Notes under the pieces: generated by a model | What the model was told of the DNA's origin: nothing | Database searches by the model: none | The model's input: the letters and a program-made list of their open reading frames with translations, nothing else | From: Ylistrum balloti | Lineage: Eukaryota | NCBI RefSeq assembly: GCF_031769215.1 | Contig: NW_026782190.1 | Span: forward strand, 1,364,001-1,428,000 | Length of the DNA stretch: 64,000 bases | Direction: 5' to 3' | Shown: positions 12,383 through 27,258 of the stretch, one piece after another | Layout: every line of letters begins with the position of its first letter | Numbering within the stretch: the stretch's first letter is position 1 | Program-made: the position numbers and the translations under genes

Positions 12383-14409
12383 CTTTATCAAAATATAAAT
12401 TTTCGGGAAGTGATACTATTTGTAGTGTTTTTAATACAACCATTTATTGTAAGTTTGATATGATAAAAATGGTTGGGAGCAATACACAATAGAAATATGA
12501 AATGTTACATATACGCGTGTACAAAAGCATCGAACCACGTTAATTTTGTGGCTTTGTCGCATACTAACGTTTAGATTGTCATGCACCGCGGCAATACAAA
12601 ATGTATCAATTAACTGGTAGCCTTTTAACTATATATACACAATACACACTACGAAATTAATGAATAGTTATACTAACAATGTAACTAAAGAAGGCGATTA
12701 TCTACAAAGAATACAATTTAATACTTTCATGTTAGATTTACGGAACAACGGGTAATCCATATTCTGTGACTTCAAAGGTATATTGATACAGGAAGACGGA
12801 TGATTGTACTTCTACAACAAGAAGTTGAATACCGGCTTTGAAAATCGAATTATTTCTTACAAAAATCTGTCGTTTAAGACAAGAAAGGAAAATGAAGAAG
12901 CGTTATAGAAAAAAAAAGTGTTTAAATGCTAGCCGATCAAGTTTATTTCCCATTACCTGTCTGAAAAGAAGGGAAAAGAGAAAACAACTGCCAAAGAGAT
13001 TGACATCAAATATACACGACTGTAAACTATCAAAAATGCATTACATACAAAACCCCTGAAACTGATCTAATTCAATCAAGATGGTTTCGTGTACAACTGT
13101 CTCTAAGAAGAGAGAACTCATCGTAGTGTAAACAAGTTTCCGTCTGTTTTTTGTATGGCAAGATATTTTAATGTTTACTGTGAATATAGAAATTATAATT
13201 AATATATACAGCATATTTATTGTCCGGGCTACATTTGTTTCAAGTGATTATACAAAATCCACACAGGATACATGGATTCAATATGATATTATTGGCTGAC
13301 ATAAAAACAATACATGTACTCTAGAGACCATGGTTGTTCAGTTGTACATAGTACAACTACCACATCGATTAGACAATAGCAGTTTGCTATTTAACACGAC
13401 TGCTGTCTACACCACTACTTACAGAACAATCATTTGAGTTAGTGACAAATGAAAACCACACTATTTCTATACATAATTAATGCTGCAGGACATGAATCAC
13501 ATAATGGAGTAAAGATACACATAGCGTATATTACATGTGTATCTACATATGATCGTTGACGTTTGCAATGACAAAAGAAATAAAACCTATGTATAAGCAC
13601 GGTTATGCATGATAGTAACTCCGCATATCCTCTTAATGATAAATATTACTCTCATTCTGTACTAGTATTGTATAAACTTTACTTAATAAGCCTTTTTAAT
13701 TTTTTTCTCTAGTTTTATACAATATATTCTGACAAGTTTATGAATATACTAAAGAAAAAATAAGAAGCAATCTTGTACTTTTAATGCTAAATCCAATGCC
13801 AACATTAAAAGATAAAACTCAGAAAGCATAAATCGGACAGGGGATATTTTAAATGCATCTGAAAGACTTTCTTTATGAACAGATTGCATTTGCAATTTCA
13901 CATCTAAGTGTCATGGTAGGTATATGCATATGGCGGTATATTGGAATGATTCTGAAGACGTTTATGTACTTTGGTATCGCACAGTTTTCAGTAATGTAGG
14001 ATTCCAGTGATTCATGACTTTCATGCATGCTGTTTGATAGAGCGATTTGTCAAATTATGTCTCAGACAAAGTGCTTTTATACAACCTCCAGCTCTACACC
14101 CTCTATCGATATAGCGGCCTTGATGAGCTTCTTTGGTTTTTAATCGTTATATTTTCGTTGGTGTGATAACTATCTTATTGTATCACGAGTATTCCGAGCC
14201 ATATTCTTTCTCAAGTGCATACATGTTCCAAACCTGGCAGCACAGATTTCGAATATCATTATGACTAAATGATGATCAACAAAGGTACCAAACAATATGT
14301 TTTGTTAAAGACCATGATGGTCAATAATTATATAATTATACAACAAATACTAACTGCAATGTACTGCTTAGCTAGTAAGATTTCTTTAGTTCGATCGTTT
14401 GAGTGTTAG

Positions 14410-14640
14410 ACTAGTAAGCTAGACTTTCTGAGTTCGAAACAAAGCGGAAGCCTTGTTGTAAACAATTAACTCTGTTACCATGACGCCTTTGCATATTGTC
14501 GCAAGCATAGCTATAATTCCAGGAAATTCGAGGACCAGGTCGTTCCTGGAGGTGGAGTGCAAGTCGACCGACAGTTAGCTTCCATAGGTATGCCGATTGG
14601 CTGTTGGAAAATGTTACCACCAAACTCGGCTTGTAGCAAA
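14410..14640 (-). mobile_element. Penelope-like RT fragment, decayed and internally deleted
   Basis: AEFGGNIFQQPIGIPMEANC matches the FQQxIGIPMGTNC motif. A frameshifted downstream piece YSYAC...CLQQGF resembles RYARAC...LLxQGF. Confidence 0.65.
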
Positions 14641-17600
14641 TAGATAATTATCACATGACTATTGCAATGATTTCTGTATCTTTTTTCTTTTTCTGAAATC
14701 TGTTTCAACTTACTGGCATTCGTCGTATAGAAAAATTTGTGGTTTGTTTTTTGTATTTTGTATTAAACATATTGCACAAATTTCAAGTGTTTTTGATAAA
14801 AGTTTTGCTGATTAATCTTTGACCTTTATCACTTTGGAAAGTATGATGTATACTCGTCTTCAAAATAAGTTAATAAGCAATGAAAATATCTTCAAGAAAG
14901 AAACAAATGGTGTGTTGTCATTTTTAACTTTAAACTGTAATTCACGTTTTAACACTTGAACACTCTCTAATTATCCATGAATATAGAATCAATAAAATGA
15001 TTGATCAGCCTTAATTTCTTTCATCCGTCCTTATATTTTTGTGTTTATTTACCTTATGGTGGTAATGGGATATAACAGAAAACTATGTTTAAACTTCTTG
15101 AACATTATCACATAGTGTTTAGAACAATTCAATAGAGCGAAGTTCTATCAAAATCTTATAGATTCTCTTTAAAAACTTACATACAGAGTAAGTCAGGCCT
15201 AGGAGAGATTGTGATACTAGTGAGTAATAGCCATATGTGCCTGCCATGATCCATGCATATATCTGTTGTTGCAATATCACACTTTAGGAACAACTTCCAG
15301 TTTATTGTGTCGCCGACTATCCGCAGTGGAAGGTTTAATACGATGATGACCATGGAATCAAGACATGCACCATCTCCTGATGTCCAGCATGATAAAACAT
15401 GTAACTCTGGGGACTGTGCTCGATTTGATTCCGATAAAAAGGTCTATAGAAAAATACAAAATGTGCTTTCCTCTAACACATCATTGATTAAATGTAAACA
15501 CTGATAACTATACGTGTTAGTTGATGCAACACATACTGTCAAAATTTCGCAGCTTGTAATGTCAACTGCAAAACCTGATTTCATCAAGTGCTTAGAGACT
15601 GGAAATGAGAGGGGCTAGCCAGACACTAAGTCATATAAATGGATTGATATCATATATTATTTATTTATAGGAAATATCTGGACATATGAACATGTTCACA
15701 GTAACCATAAATAATTCAAAATAATTTAGTCTAATGTTTACAATGAATATTATTTCACTTGGGCATATGCATGTGTGTTAGTGTGGGTTCGTGCAATCAT
15801 TCCATGATGTATGTACCATCATAATGTTGAGTGGCACACAGTTCCTTCCCAAGGTACCTTGTTTTGTAGTAAAGTCAATAAATTCGGGACTTCGACATTG
15901 GCAATATCCAATGGCTTTAGAGAATAAAATGACATGTGGTAACTTGAAAATATTCAAAAGTCGACTTCAAATACAAGGCTACCCTAAATTCAGCATGCAG
16001 TTTCTTACATAAATAAATTTGCATAACCTTACTATTTAAGACATATTGTGTTCAAGTTGTTAGGTTGTTTATTAATTATAGTGACCTATCGACGGCAGCG
16101 TATCCTTTAACAGACTCAAATCTTCCTTCACAAACATATTTTGTTTTCTATACGGCCAACACTACTTTCATTGTTACTGTTAAGATTTATTTCATGACAA
16201 TGAATAAATAGATATGTAAATAAATGATAGAATAGCTGAATAAAGAATTAATGTAAATTTAATGTTTGCTTTAAGACGATCGAGGACCGGTATCAGGCAG
16301 TAATCAATCTCCCTGAATATATATGTAACAACAGGCAAGGATAAGGGTTGTAAAATCAAATGATAATCATAATATAATATACATGTAATAAGAATTACAA
16401 ACAAAATCACAATACTCTCATTTAAACGTTCTAAGCACGATCCCTTTTATTAACGATAGGTTAATAAACATGTAAACAGGTCCACGATCACAGACATTTA
16501 ATAAAGAGAGAGAAGAGAATGCGGTTGTATTTACTGGTTATGATATGTAGGATTGAACATCTTAAAAGACTAATTCTTGATGCCAATATGGTGGTTTCTT
16601 TGAGCAGAAAATGACAAAAAACATCTTACAAGCTCTAATCTTATAATGGATACATATGTTTGCTCTGAATAAGATGCGTTTGTAGAGGATTCGAAAAACG
16701 GTGTACATTAGTTGTGTAATATCAACCGACAGATTATTGTAATCTCTATCTAATAGTCTTAACATCCACGTTCGCTGAGAGAATGAAAAGTTAAAATTGG
16801 TTTCTATGGAAACAAGAAGGTACTGGAAACGTAATAAAATGCACTACACATGTCGTTTATCATCGAGGTAGATGGTACATGTATGTCATTGTCTATACAA
16901 TGAGGGAGAAAATGGCTTTAACAACCAACCCGGTTATACACAGCCTAAAATTCTGCACTCTTTATCAAGTTATTTGTTTCAGAATCGTTTAAGATTGAAA
17001 TTGAAATTGTAACACTGTACAAATACAGTAGAACTAGTAATATTGCCAAAATATCGACACATTGTTTCGGTAAAGGTTCTGTCAAAGTTCTAAAAAAGGA
17101 GGAATGAATTGATAATTTGTTTATAAGAACAACACGACAGATCTATATGATTTATCATTATTAAGTGATTTTCTGATTAGAAAATATAGTAGCCATACCA
17201 ATACACATTTGTATCTTCAGATTTATACATTAATTTACCGCCATTACCCTCAGTGTTTGATACACAGTAATGATTTGTAATTCTCAAAGTCAAGAGGGTA
17301 CCATGTACAAACAGGAGCATATCAAAGATGCGTACAGCTATGACCATCAACTTCATCTTCCCTTGTTGCAAGATACATTTATTAGTAAAAAAGAAACATC
17401 CAAAGTTGCTGATCAAAAGTTTTCGTCAATCTTATTACATACATTAAAACATATTAATATCCCACATATATCTTTATGAGCACTGACTATATTTGACATA
17501 AATTTACTATAAGGATGAACACTTATTACCATTATCGAATTTCTTGGTAACATATGTCTGCACAGATCACACTCGTGGTTTGTCGATATAACTCGTATGT

Positions 17601-19291
17601 CAGATCAAGTTATTAAGTACCCAGACACTATTAGATATCTTTAAATAAAGATGTTCTCTGACCTGACAGGTTCATTCTTATCAAATACTAATAATTATGG
17701 CATTCATTTTGACTGCCTCTGATGGTGGAAGCAGGTGTGGTGTACATTATCATCGGGACTCTCAACGTTAGTTACCCCCATCCACTTTGGTTACTCAGAC
17801 AGACATTCGATCTTCAGTCCCTCTTGACATTCACTTTCGTTTTAGCCGTGACAACACTGAACAACTCCAGACGTAGAACTCCTTTTTCGATAGTTTGTCA
17901 TTGCTTTGCCAGGATTTAGATAGATCAGACGGACAGACAGACAGAGACCAATACTTCCTCCATTTCTCCATCCCAAGAATTATGCTTTAGTGTAGACATC
18001 CGGACATGGCTGAGAGGCTTTTCCATTAACCGTCGACGCGGGACATTTTCACGCCGTTGAATTAATGATCAGAAAGCATTGTACAGGATGGCTTTTATTG
18101 GGCGCATATATACAGACATCCTCACGGAACTGTTTGATTCATGAGGAAAACCTAAGGGACAACGACGAGACCAATATTACTAAGTGTCATATAACTTCTC
18201 CACACCAACCGTTATTCCCAGAGTAATGACGATGTTTATTTTCACCATTTCCTTCACTGGGACCACTTTATGTGAGTTTGTTAATAAAAGGCTTTTCAGT
18301 CCTTGCTCTTTTACCGTGATTACGCAAGATGACATTAACATATACATTTGGCGCCTTGCGTTTTTACATGAGAGTTCAAATCAGTTATACGGACATGGGT
18401 GTTGTGACTTTGGCTGTTTTACACTATGTTAAGCGTTGGCATTACGGATAAGATTATGGGTACTAATATTTGTAAGATATGTTAATATTGCTTGTCAACA
18501 TACGTCCTATATTGCTTATTAATTATTGACATAGTCATATCATCGTATATCAGAAGGTGGTTGACGAAACCCAATACAGAGAAATCGATGTAACACAGCC
18601 TATAGAAGCAAATATAGCTCCACAGTTGGCACGTTACATGTAATTCCCATTTCTTAATTCAGAACGAGCGAAATGCATTGCCCAATTTACGACAGCAGTT
18701 ACCCTAAAGACGTGGCTTATTTACTTAAACAGTGGGCAAATGAAGGATAAGTTATTTAAAACCAAAAAAGGCTTATTGTCAGAAGAGGTCGGCCTAAATT
18801 CTCATTTTTAGTTTATCTAATTTCAATCTTTTGCTAAAACATTAATCATAAGAAAAGCATTTATATTATTCTTTGCCTGTTCAGCATTGTATAATGTTTT
18901 GCAATTGTGAGTCATATTGTGATAAATCGTTTTCCTGATTGTAACAGTCTTTGATCGAGTTGATGAATAAGTGTGATTCAAACAAACAGCAAATCTCATT
19001 TGCAACTCATTTCTTTCTCAAGCCTTGGATCGGTCATCCAACGGGAACCTGCTTCTCAAACTGTTTTATCTTACACCCTTCATCTCTTTTACACAATATG
19101 TCAACATACCATATGCTTACACCCCAAATACATATCCGCATTAGCTACGATCGTCTTTGGTCAATCTAGATTGATGTTCGTCACCCCATGGGCCAGTTCA
19201 GACAAACATTTCTTTGAGACTGTCCTTGAGGCCGCGTCTTTATATCTCTGTAACCAACTGGACATGCTAATGACGAGACCAGATACACAAC

Positions 19292-19439
19292 CTAATTATT
19301 ATCGATTCCTTTCGGAATTGCCGCAATGATTTCTTTTAATGTCAGACTTTCACACATCTCTAAATACGAACACGGCATTATGTCAGATTTCGTTCGCTTT
19401 CCGCCCCGTCCTTGGAAGGTGATGGATTGATACCTAGGT
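19292..19439 (-). CDS. Candidate terminal coding exon, gene unidentified
   Basis: Acceptor ttatttggttatag|A, phase 2, reads (R)PRYQSITFQGRGGKRTKSDIMPCSYLEMCESLTLKEIIAAIPKGIDNN*. No upstream partner exon was found. Confidence 0.2.
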
Positions 19440-19656
19440 CTATAACCAAATAAGGCAATAATAGTGTCTGAGACGATATATTGCTAATTCAGTAAGATTA
19501 TTCTTAATGGCTGGAATTCAGGATATCACCACTATTATTACATTTAGCTCCTTCATCTTTCAATAGTTTAGAATCGGCATCGACTTAATATAAATGTGTG
19601 TTTAAATTGTTTAAATAAAACTATATGAGATGTAAAAAGAGAAAGAAAATATATAC

Positions 19657-19703
19657 ACAGACAGACTGACAGACAGACAGACAGACGGACAAACAGACAG
19701 ACA
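19657..19703. repeat. Imperfect (GACA)n microsatellite; a shorter tract lies at about 17925-17945
   Basis: Directly visible: acagacagactgacagacagacagacagacggacaaacagacagac. Confidence 0.9.
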
Positions 19704-22700
19704 AAGGTGTTTATATGATTTATTTTAACTTTGGCTGTTACTTGCCTGGTACCTCTATAAAATGTTGCGCACTGCTACTACCGGATAGTTTACCAAACAG
19801 TGCCAAGTGCAGTGATTTGATTCCATTGTATGTTATGCAGAATAATGGATAGACTTTGCCAATAATCGGGCAAATATTGTGTGGATATTTGATTTGTCGG
19901 CCGACTTACCTGTACTGGTAATACGTTTACTTATGTTGGTATATTATCATTATTATATGTGATTCACTGACATTGGATATTCATAAACTCCATGTACTGT
20001 ATGTAGACATAATATTCAATAACAATGACAATGTAGAAGTCATTATTACATGACATCTATGTACTTATTTATCGTGCTATTGTCGTGTGTGTAAACTTCT
20101 ATTATGAAATACTTCATATTCTACTTAAGCACTTTAAATTATATAACTTATATATACACAATACATATCCTTATTAATACGATTACATTTAGTAGGGCCT
20201 TCATATAAAGAGGCCAGGAGCTCGAAAAAAAAAACATTTACCGTCGTTTGTTTTCTGTGGTGTCGTATATATGGATACTACTTTAGTAGATGTTTTGAGA
20301 ATTCACTGGTGGGAGGGGGAGGGTGTGATACATACACATGTACATGTATGCGACATTGTATCCATACTTTGTGACTACCATACAAAGTCATTGATATCCA
20401 GTTTGCTATCTTAGAAAAAAACGTGTCCTTCCTAAGTAGAATGTTAGGACCCTAGGTTTTTTTCCAGCAATCACACGGAATAATGGTAGGCTGGGAAACA
20501 AAGCATAACATTTCAGAGAACACGAGAAGAAAATGGGAACATGAACGAATAGGTTACTCTGTTTGAGTCCACACTTACAATGTACATTTTATAGTTTAGT
20601 CACAACTAGCTGTTCAGCTAAACCTTTGCAAACGTTTTGTCATTATTGTTTGTACTACCTAATCTGATTTACTGTTTTGGAACTTATTGAACATTGATTA
20701 AGAGATATTTGATATCGTTTTCACATTTATTTCTGCAAAACTGTTATTTTGATATAACTAGTTTTACTCTTTTCACTTACAGTACCCATTTGCAAGCTGA
20801 AATAACACTTTATTCGCTTGTCGAGAAAAAATAATATGGATTGCCTTAAAAAGTGCATGATTGTAAACGATTTGGGGTCATCATTCTGATATTCTAGACA
20901 AATATGTGTGCTATGTTAAGTTCCATAAGTTCGATGATCGTTAAGTGGTGATTGTGTTAGTATAAACCTAGCTTGCGATAAAACTGTATTACTGTAGAAT
21001 TATATCTCTATGACACTAATCAAGTAGAAAACACTTCAATCGGCCTCCGAAGCATCTGATCTTTCTTTTGTGTTTATTTCAATCGGTTTCGAGTAATTTT
21101 TATGTTCATATTTTGCCGTCATTTCATCGACTTTGAGTCTGTGATGTGAATTTCTGTCAACAAGTCAATATTTTGCATCATATATCAATAATCAAGCCCA
21201 AATAAAACACAGTACAAACACTCGTCTTTCACAAATGAAGTTAAAGCACTTACGCTGGGATATAGAAACAGTTTGGGTTCTAATGTTTTTTGGGTCACTA
21301 GCTCACTCTCTAACCTGTTTGGCATGCTTACTCTCGTGTGCTTGATACAACATACCTGCTCTACATTCAGTATTGTAAATATAACCCTCTCGTAAGTAAA
21401 CAGTGTTGTGAGTGGTTAAGTTAAGCTAGTATTGTGAGTGGTTAAGTTCAGCTAGCAGGATGGCCCTACATAAAAACAGTGATTAAAACGGAGATGTATA
21501 TCAATTTTAGTGTATTTTACTTTTCTATCGTGAAAGTGTTTGAGCCTCGACTCTTCTTGAGATCATCCCCTCGCGCTAAACGAAACTTTCTTGCTTATTC
21601 TACCGTTTGATTGAGTACCATATAGCAATATACCAAATGAATAAAGAATTGTCCTGGCGATGACGTAAAACTATTCGTTGGTATGTTATTGTCAGTTTAA
21701 TTTATAGGAGTCTGGTAATCCCGCCGGTATAAGATTCACTGATGAAATACCAGTTTAGTATAAATGCACTTCTAACACAGAATATCATGTGTCCCTATGA
21801 AATCATGTGATCCATCGAGTGAGAAAGCAAAATCTATAACCACCTTACCAATAGCTCCGATATACATGTTTATGTATTTGTCTCATTTCTATTTTCGATG
21901 TCTTTCCATCTGTCTGAAAGCTCCTTTTTTCAAAGGGCAACAAAAAGTGTCAATATTTTGGAAGATGGCACAGTGTACATATGTATGTTCCTGTTGAGAA
22001 AACAGCAATTTGGGAGCGAGAGGTTTTGGGTTCAGATATGATTCGTTACAGAATATCGACGAGATATAGATCCATTTTAAATTTGCTTATATTTCTTTTG
22101 GGCAAGTGTAAGAAAATGTAAGTTTTCCAAAGTAAAGGGATTGTAGAATTTATATGATATATTCTTTATATTCTGTTTGTGATATTGGAATCGCGTTGAT
22201 TCCTAAAATCATTGCACTGAACAAAATGTATATACGAGTGTACATAATATGTAGTTTGTCCTCAGAATATCTAACATTACACGGTGTTCACTGTAAATGC
22301 TCGTATAGCATTTATACAAACAGTTTTTCTTTGATACCAATATGAAAGTAAAGTATAGTGTTATCAAACCTTAAATTGATTTCTTAGATAAGTGGCAAAA
22401 CCAGTAAATGACACAACAACGGATACAGTTGATAATTCAATGAAGGATTTTATAGCAAATCGCTACCTATGACGGTTTGCGTGGCATGACGTGACGCCAT
22501 TGACAGCGAATTCGCGCCATTTTCCGTCATTCAAAATTCATTTATGATTGGGCCCTTTACATTCCAACAATGCGTGAGTTAGACAGAGGATGAGAGGATT
22601 TCGTAAACAAATACGTGACAGGTGATTGTTTACATTGGTAGTCGGAAAGAGCGCGTTGGATTACAAGAAGAAGCGATTTGTGACAGTAGTGAGTGGGAGC

Positions 22701-23873
22701 AGCTTGCCCAGCAGTCCTCGCTGATCTTGATACCACACATCAGATGTTGATGATGTTTCCTAAATCCCATCTTATTCACCATTAAGATAATCATTTTCGT
22801 TATCAAAGCTAAAAACACTACCTAGATTGAAATCCAGTCTGTAAACTAACAGTTTTCCCTGATAAATCTGTTTTATTCTTTGTTTATTTTGTGTGTGTAT
22901 ATATTGTATACTGCTTGGATATTTAATGATGTTGTTGTCCGTGTTTTGTTAATATCATTAAATTACAGCGATCCACAAACAGGTGAATGTGTAAAAAATA
23001 TCCATTCGTACAAAAAAGTTCTAATATACCAGCCCAAGGTGGCGGAGCTAGATTGTTTCATAAAGAAATGAAAGAAAAAAAAATGACACAATTTAATTAT
23101 TGTCAAATGACAGGACCGTTCATGCAAACTCATTTAGGTTGAAATGCACATCTAAACAGAAGTTTGCTCACGGTAATATTGTTGATCTTCATACAGACTA
23201 TTGGCATCACAAAGAGCTCCTATCTTGACTGACTTATTTTGGTTTCCTAACGAGCATGAATTTATAGCTAATCCATGAAAGCAAGGAACACTAACCATGT
23301 TACCAAGTCCATCATACATATATGTATATAAATACATACATTGGATATCTGATCAATAAAGCAAAAGCAATAGTGTTGAAAGGTGAATCGAATTCGAGCA
23401 ATCTGCCCCTTTATCAAGACATTAATTAAATAAATTACATACCATTCACAGAACATAAAACAAATCCAAAGTCATCAAATAAAATCGAAGCGGTAGTGCA
23501 AATTTAGGTGTCTCGATAATACATTCGGCAGCTGGACGTTGAAGGCCCTTTACATGGTACAAGAAGACGTCATAAGTTGTTTTATGGAAGATGGTGATTA
23601 AAATATCAAAAAAAAATTTTACTTAAATCTCTCTATGTATTGCAATATAGATACTGAGCGCATATACCTTGTAAATATATCAACTTATGATATAATGTCT
23701 TGTCTGTAAATAGCAATTTAGATATTGACCATCTTATTAACATAATTAGAAACTAAGGAACTGACAGATTCATCTACATCGAACATTTCGTGCTGTGGAA
23801 TCCATGGAAACAGTTTCTTACTGGACTTTTTAGATAATGCTTACTTGGGTTCACCAAAATTAACAGTGTATAT

Positions 23874-24030
23874 GACGGGTGTCGTTGATGAAGCAGAAGA
23901 TGCTTACTCTTCAGGAACACCTGGTGTTTTTCTCCTTCTAGTTTTTTTCAGTAGTCGCTGTGTGAATCTTTCTTTTCTTCATATTTTGCCGTAGTTTTAT
24001 TCATTTGAGTTTTGATTACGACGATTTATT
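23874..24030 (+). mobile_element. PLE-associated 3'-end repeat, copy 1
   Basis: GACGGGTGTCGTTGATGAAGCAGAAGATGCTTACTCTTCAGGAACACCTG followed by a T-rich tract. It is homologous to 24335-24500, 21044-21120 and 9781-9804 (minus), the last of which directly follows a PLE RT remnant. Confidence 0.55.
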
Positions 24031-24334
24031 GTTCTTTTCGTGTTGTTTTTATACTATACGCGAGATGATTTCAAACTCTGTTTTGTTAACATGTCATTTC
24101 TATAAAGCAACAATCCAGCTACCCTAACCTATGGTGTTAAAATAGGTTAATTTGATCTTATAGTCAACGCTGTCGAATTATTTTCACTATGAAGGAGTTT
24201 TATGGTAAACACAAGTACCTAATTATATTTCCTAGGTGTATATTAAGCTAACTATGTTTTATACAGGATAATATTCTTAGTAGTTTCACTCTTGTTAACG
24301 TTGTTATTTCTTGAGGAAATATTACATTCCCGCA

Positions 24335-24500
24335 TTAACCAAGATTCATATGGTGGGTGTCGTCGGTGAAGCAAAAAACGCTTTCTTTTTCATAACATCT
24401 TTCGTTTTTCAGAGGTCGTCACTTATGGCTCTTGTTTATTTCTTTATTCATGTGTCCCCTGTCGTCTCATTGATTTGAAGTTCGGATTAAGATTTTTCTC
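24335..24500 (+). mobile_element. PLE-associated 3'-end repeat, copy 2
   Basis: GGTGGGTGTCGTCGGTGAAGCAAAAAACGCTT followed by a T-rich tract, in the same orientation about 480 bp after copy 1. Confidence 0.5.
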
Positions 24501-25874
24501 AGCCATATTTCTATGTTGCTTAAAGTAGGTCATTGTCCTATGATGTATGTCATTTTATCAAATATGTTTTAAATTTTGTTACAATAGACAATTTTGCGCT
24601 TAACAAATCACTTCAACACTGTGTCATTTCTTATTCACTTGCATACATTGACCGAAATTCACTTTTCAAATGCGATGAAACTAGTACAAGATCTTACCAT
24701 AAGATAGATCTACACGAATATTGTTGGAAAAAAGTACAATGATGATCGGACAAGATGTTTCCGGAAGTGCCCATTGCTTCATTGTTGTCTTGGATCTTGC
24801 CTAGAATATTTCCCCTTTGTGACAGTCCTTGGAGTCTAAAGAATCTGAGGCTATCTTATTTTTGTATGAAATTCAAATACCAGTCTGTTGTGGAAAACAT
24901 TGTGGAGCTGTTCTTTCAGCAAAGACTGTAAGCTGTAATTATTTTTGTAATCCTTTTAGATGTTGTTAAGTAGACATAGCAATCGTATCGTTTTCTCTCG
25001 TTTACATATATTTGAAATGAAAACACGCTAAACTTTCTTTTTTGTTTGGTATATGCTCGTAATGAGTCAAAATCATGTTACAGATATTTCATAAATCACA
25101 CAATTAGTTTATAAACGAAGGCATTAATAGATGATAGAACTGACATTGTTTTGTATATTTCTGGCGTGAAATTGTTTAGCCTTTTCGTTCAAATTACTGT
25201 CAATACTAATTATGAGGCTTTGAAAACTATTGATTTTCACGACCTTCCCTTCAAACGGTGCACGTCACGTGCTTGGCAAAAACGTGTTGATATTTCAAGG
25301 TCCCCAAGCATCGGATACGTTATATTTCATCTGACGTGGTCGGAAACACTAATTAATGTATCGGTTTTGCCGACAAGACCTTTTCTAATGCATTTGTTTC
25401 CAAAAGACCTTTGCCATTTTTACAGACTTTCCGCATCGGTGTTACATTTCCCCTTGATTTGATTGTACTTGTTTATTTTATTTTAGTTTAGTTTTCTAAA
25501 TTTATTTATTCATCTAGATTCATTTTTGTAAATGCTGCATACATCTTACTTATCCTGTTTGCAATGTATATTATTTCTAACTAACGTATGATATAGATAC
25601 ATTTAAAAAGAAAATGTTTTGATGTCACAATGTACACAATGCACTGTTATCTAAGATATTTTTGAAAACTGGAAATAATGTTTTGGATAAAATCGAATCA
25701 TCAAATGAAAACCAAACGGGATCATTTCAACTATTTAGGGTTCGTCACAGATCATATGGGCCTATACTGAAGACACGTAGAATACTAGTTTGAGGGGAAA
25801 TCCTAATAAATTTCTAATTGTAGCCACTTTTGGATATAACCACATCAATGCATGAATCATTTTGAATTCATATA

Positions 25875-26017
25875 CAGTCGAACCCCGATATCGCGAATTC
25901 GTAAAAGCTGATTTTGGAACATTCGTCGAACCCTGCCTAACTTTTCACAAATCATTTGAACTTATTTTGATAAAATACTAGTTAACCATGCTCTCAGTGA
26001 GTTCGAAATAACGACTG
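25875..26017. mobile_element. Pogo/Tigger-like (Tc1/mariner) MITE
   Basis: TA|CAGTCGAACCCCGATATCGCGAA ... GTTCGAAATAACGACTG|TA: TA target duplication and a CAGTCG/CGACTG terminal inverted repeat, with a short deletion in the right TIR. Confidence 0.65.
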
Positions 26018-27134
26018 TACTTTGTTACACATAATCTAAGCATCATGATCAAGCCTAGAATGACGAGAAATGAATGCATGATGCGGTTTTATTTAATATG
26101 TGGCTCTACTTCTCTTTATTTGTTTTGAAAGATATTTTCACTTGTGTGTATTTTAGACAATTAGGAAGAGGACACTTAAATGTTTCTTCGAGTATTCATT
26201 CATGTCGAGTCTAAAATATGAAATAGTCTGAAACAAAATTGACATTAAGTAGATAGACTCTCAACGACCTGACTTCATTTCTACCACAGATGAACCATAA
26301 CAATACATCACGATACAGAACAGTAATTCGGCGCTGTACCGTAAAAGTATTTTTGACGTTGACGATTCATGCAACCAGCAGGCATATATCCAAGTTGCAA
26401 TTGGTCCATTTATTTTCCAAACGGTTTATATATAATCCGATAATTTCAACACTCTTTCACATGTTGGACATACAATTGTTTTTAAATCTCTCAAGTGACA
26501 TGAAATATAATTAGTACAAATGCTGTACAGTAAAGTTCTTCTAGGGATCCATTGCCTCGGCAGATGTATACAAAAACGTCTGAACTTCGGATGTGTGTTA
26601 CGCCTCTGTGATTGAAGCGAGCGTACAGCTTCGTTTACCGAAACTATACTTTCAGTCAGTTTGTATATTCAAACTGTTCGTGTACTAGAATCGAGTAATT
26701 CCACCAGAAGTGAGAAACAGAACACGAAGAGAATTGCACAAGATGGAAATGAATGTTCCGGAAGGTGTAGTCATGTGGACGGCAAATACAATTACAAAAG
26801 CAGAGTTAAATTCTCTCGAGATTCTACACGGCAAATTGAAAGATTTTTTTCTTTTAATTTTTTCCCGGATACTTTTCACAAAAGGGGGCTGTGGAGATTT
26901 AATTTAATAATTCCGCAATGTCGGTCTCCAGATAGTTAGCCATTTTAAAAATGAACGTGTTAAATATATACCATTTTAAATGGATTGTCAAAGTGCAAGT
27001 ATTACAGCTTTGACCGAAAATGGTCAACTGATTAATTGCTACCTCATATCATTTTATATTCAGAATCACAGAAGCCATGCCAATTGGTTTGTGAGATAAA
27101 TGTTTTACTGCATTATATTATAGCATGTTACCTG

Positions 27135-27258
27135 GAGGATAGGGCAGAGAAATCCACCGAGGGGGAGATTCTTAATTGTCAAACCCGAGGCTTTGTCGTT
27201 GATCTGACAATCAGGAATCTCCTCTGAGGGTAGATATTTCCCGGTCCTACCCTCAAGG
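27135..27258. mobile_element. Foldback/MITE-like remnant with internal inverted repeat
   Basis: Arm GGGGGAGATTCTTAATTGTCA (27161-27181) pairs imperfectly with TGACAATCAGGAATCTCCTCT (27205-27225). Confidence 0.5.

Noticed and set aside
12790-13035. Lys-rich coding-like stretch
   Set aside because: All three plus frames are interrupted by stops, the A-richness explains the Lys content, and no family was recognised.
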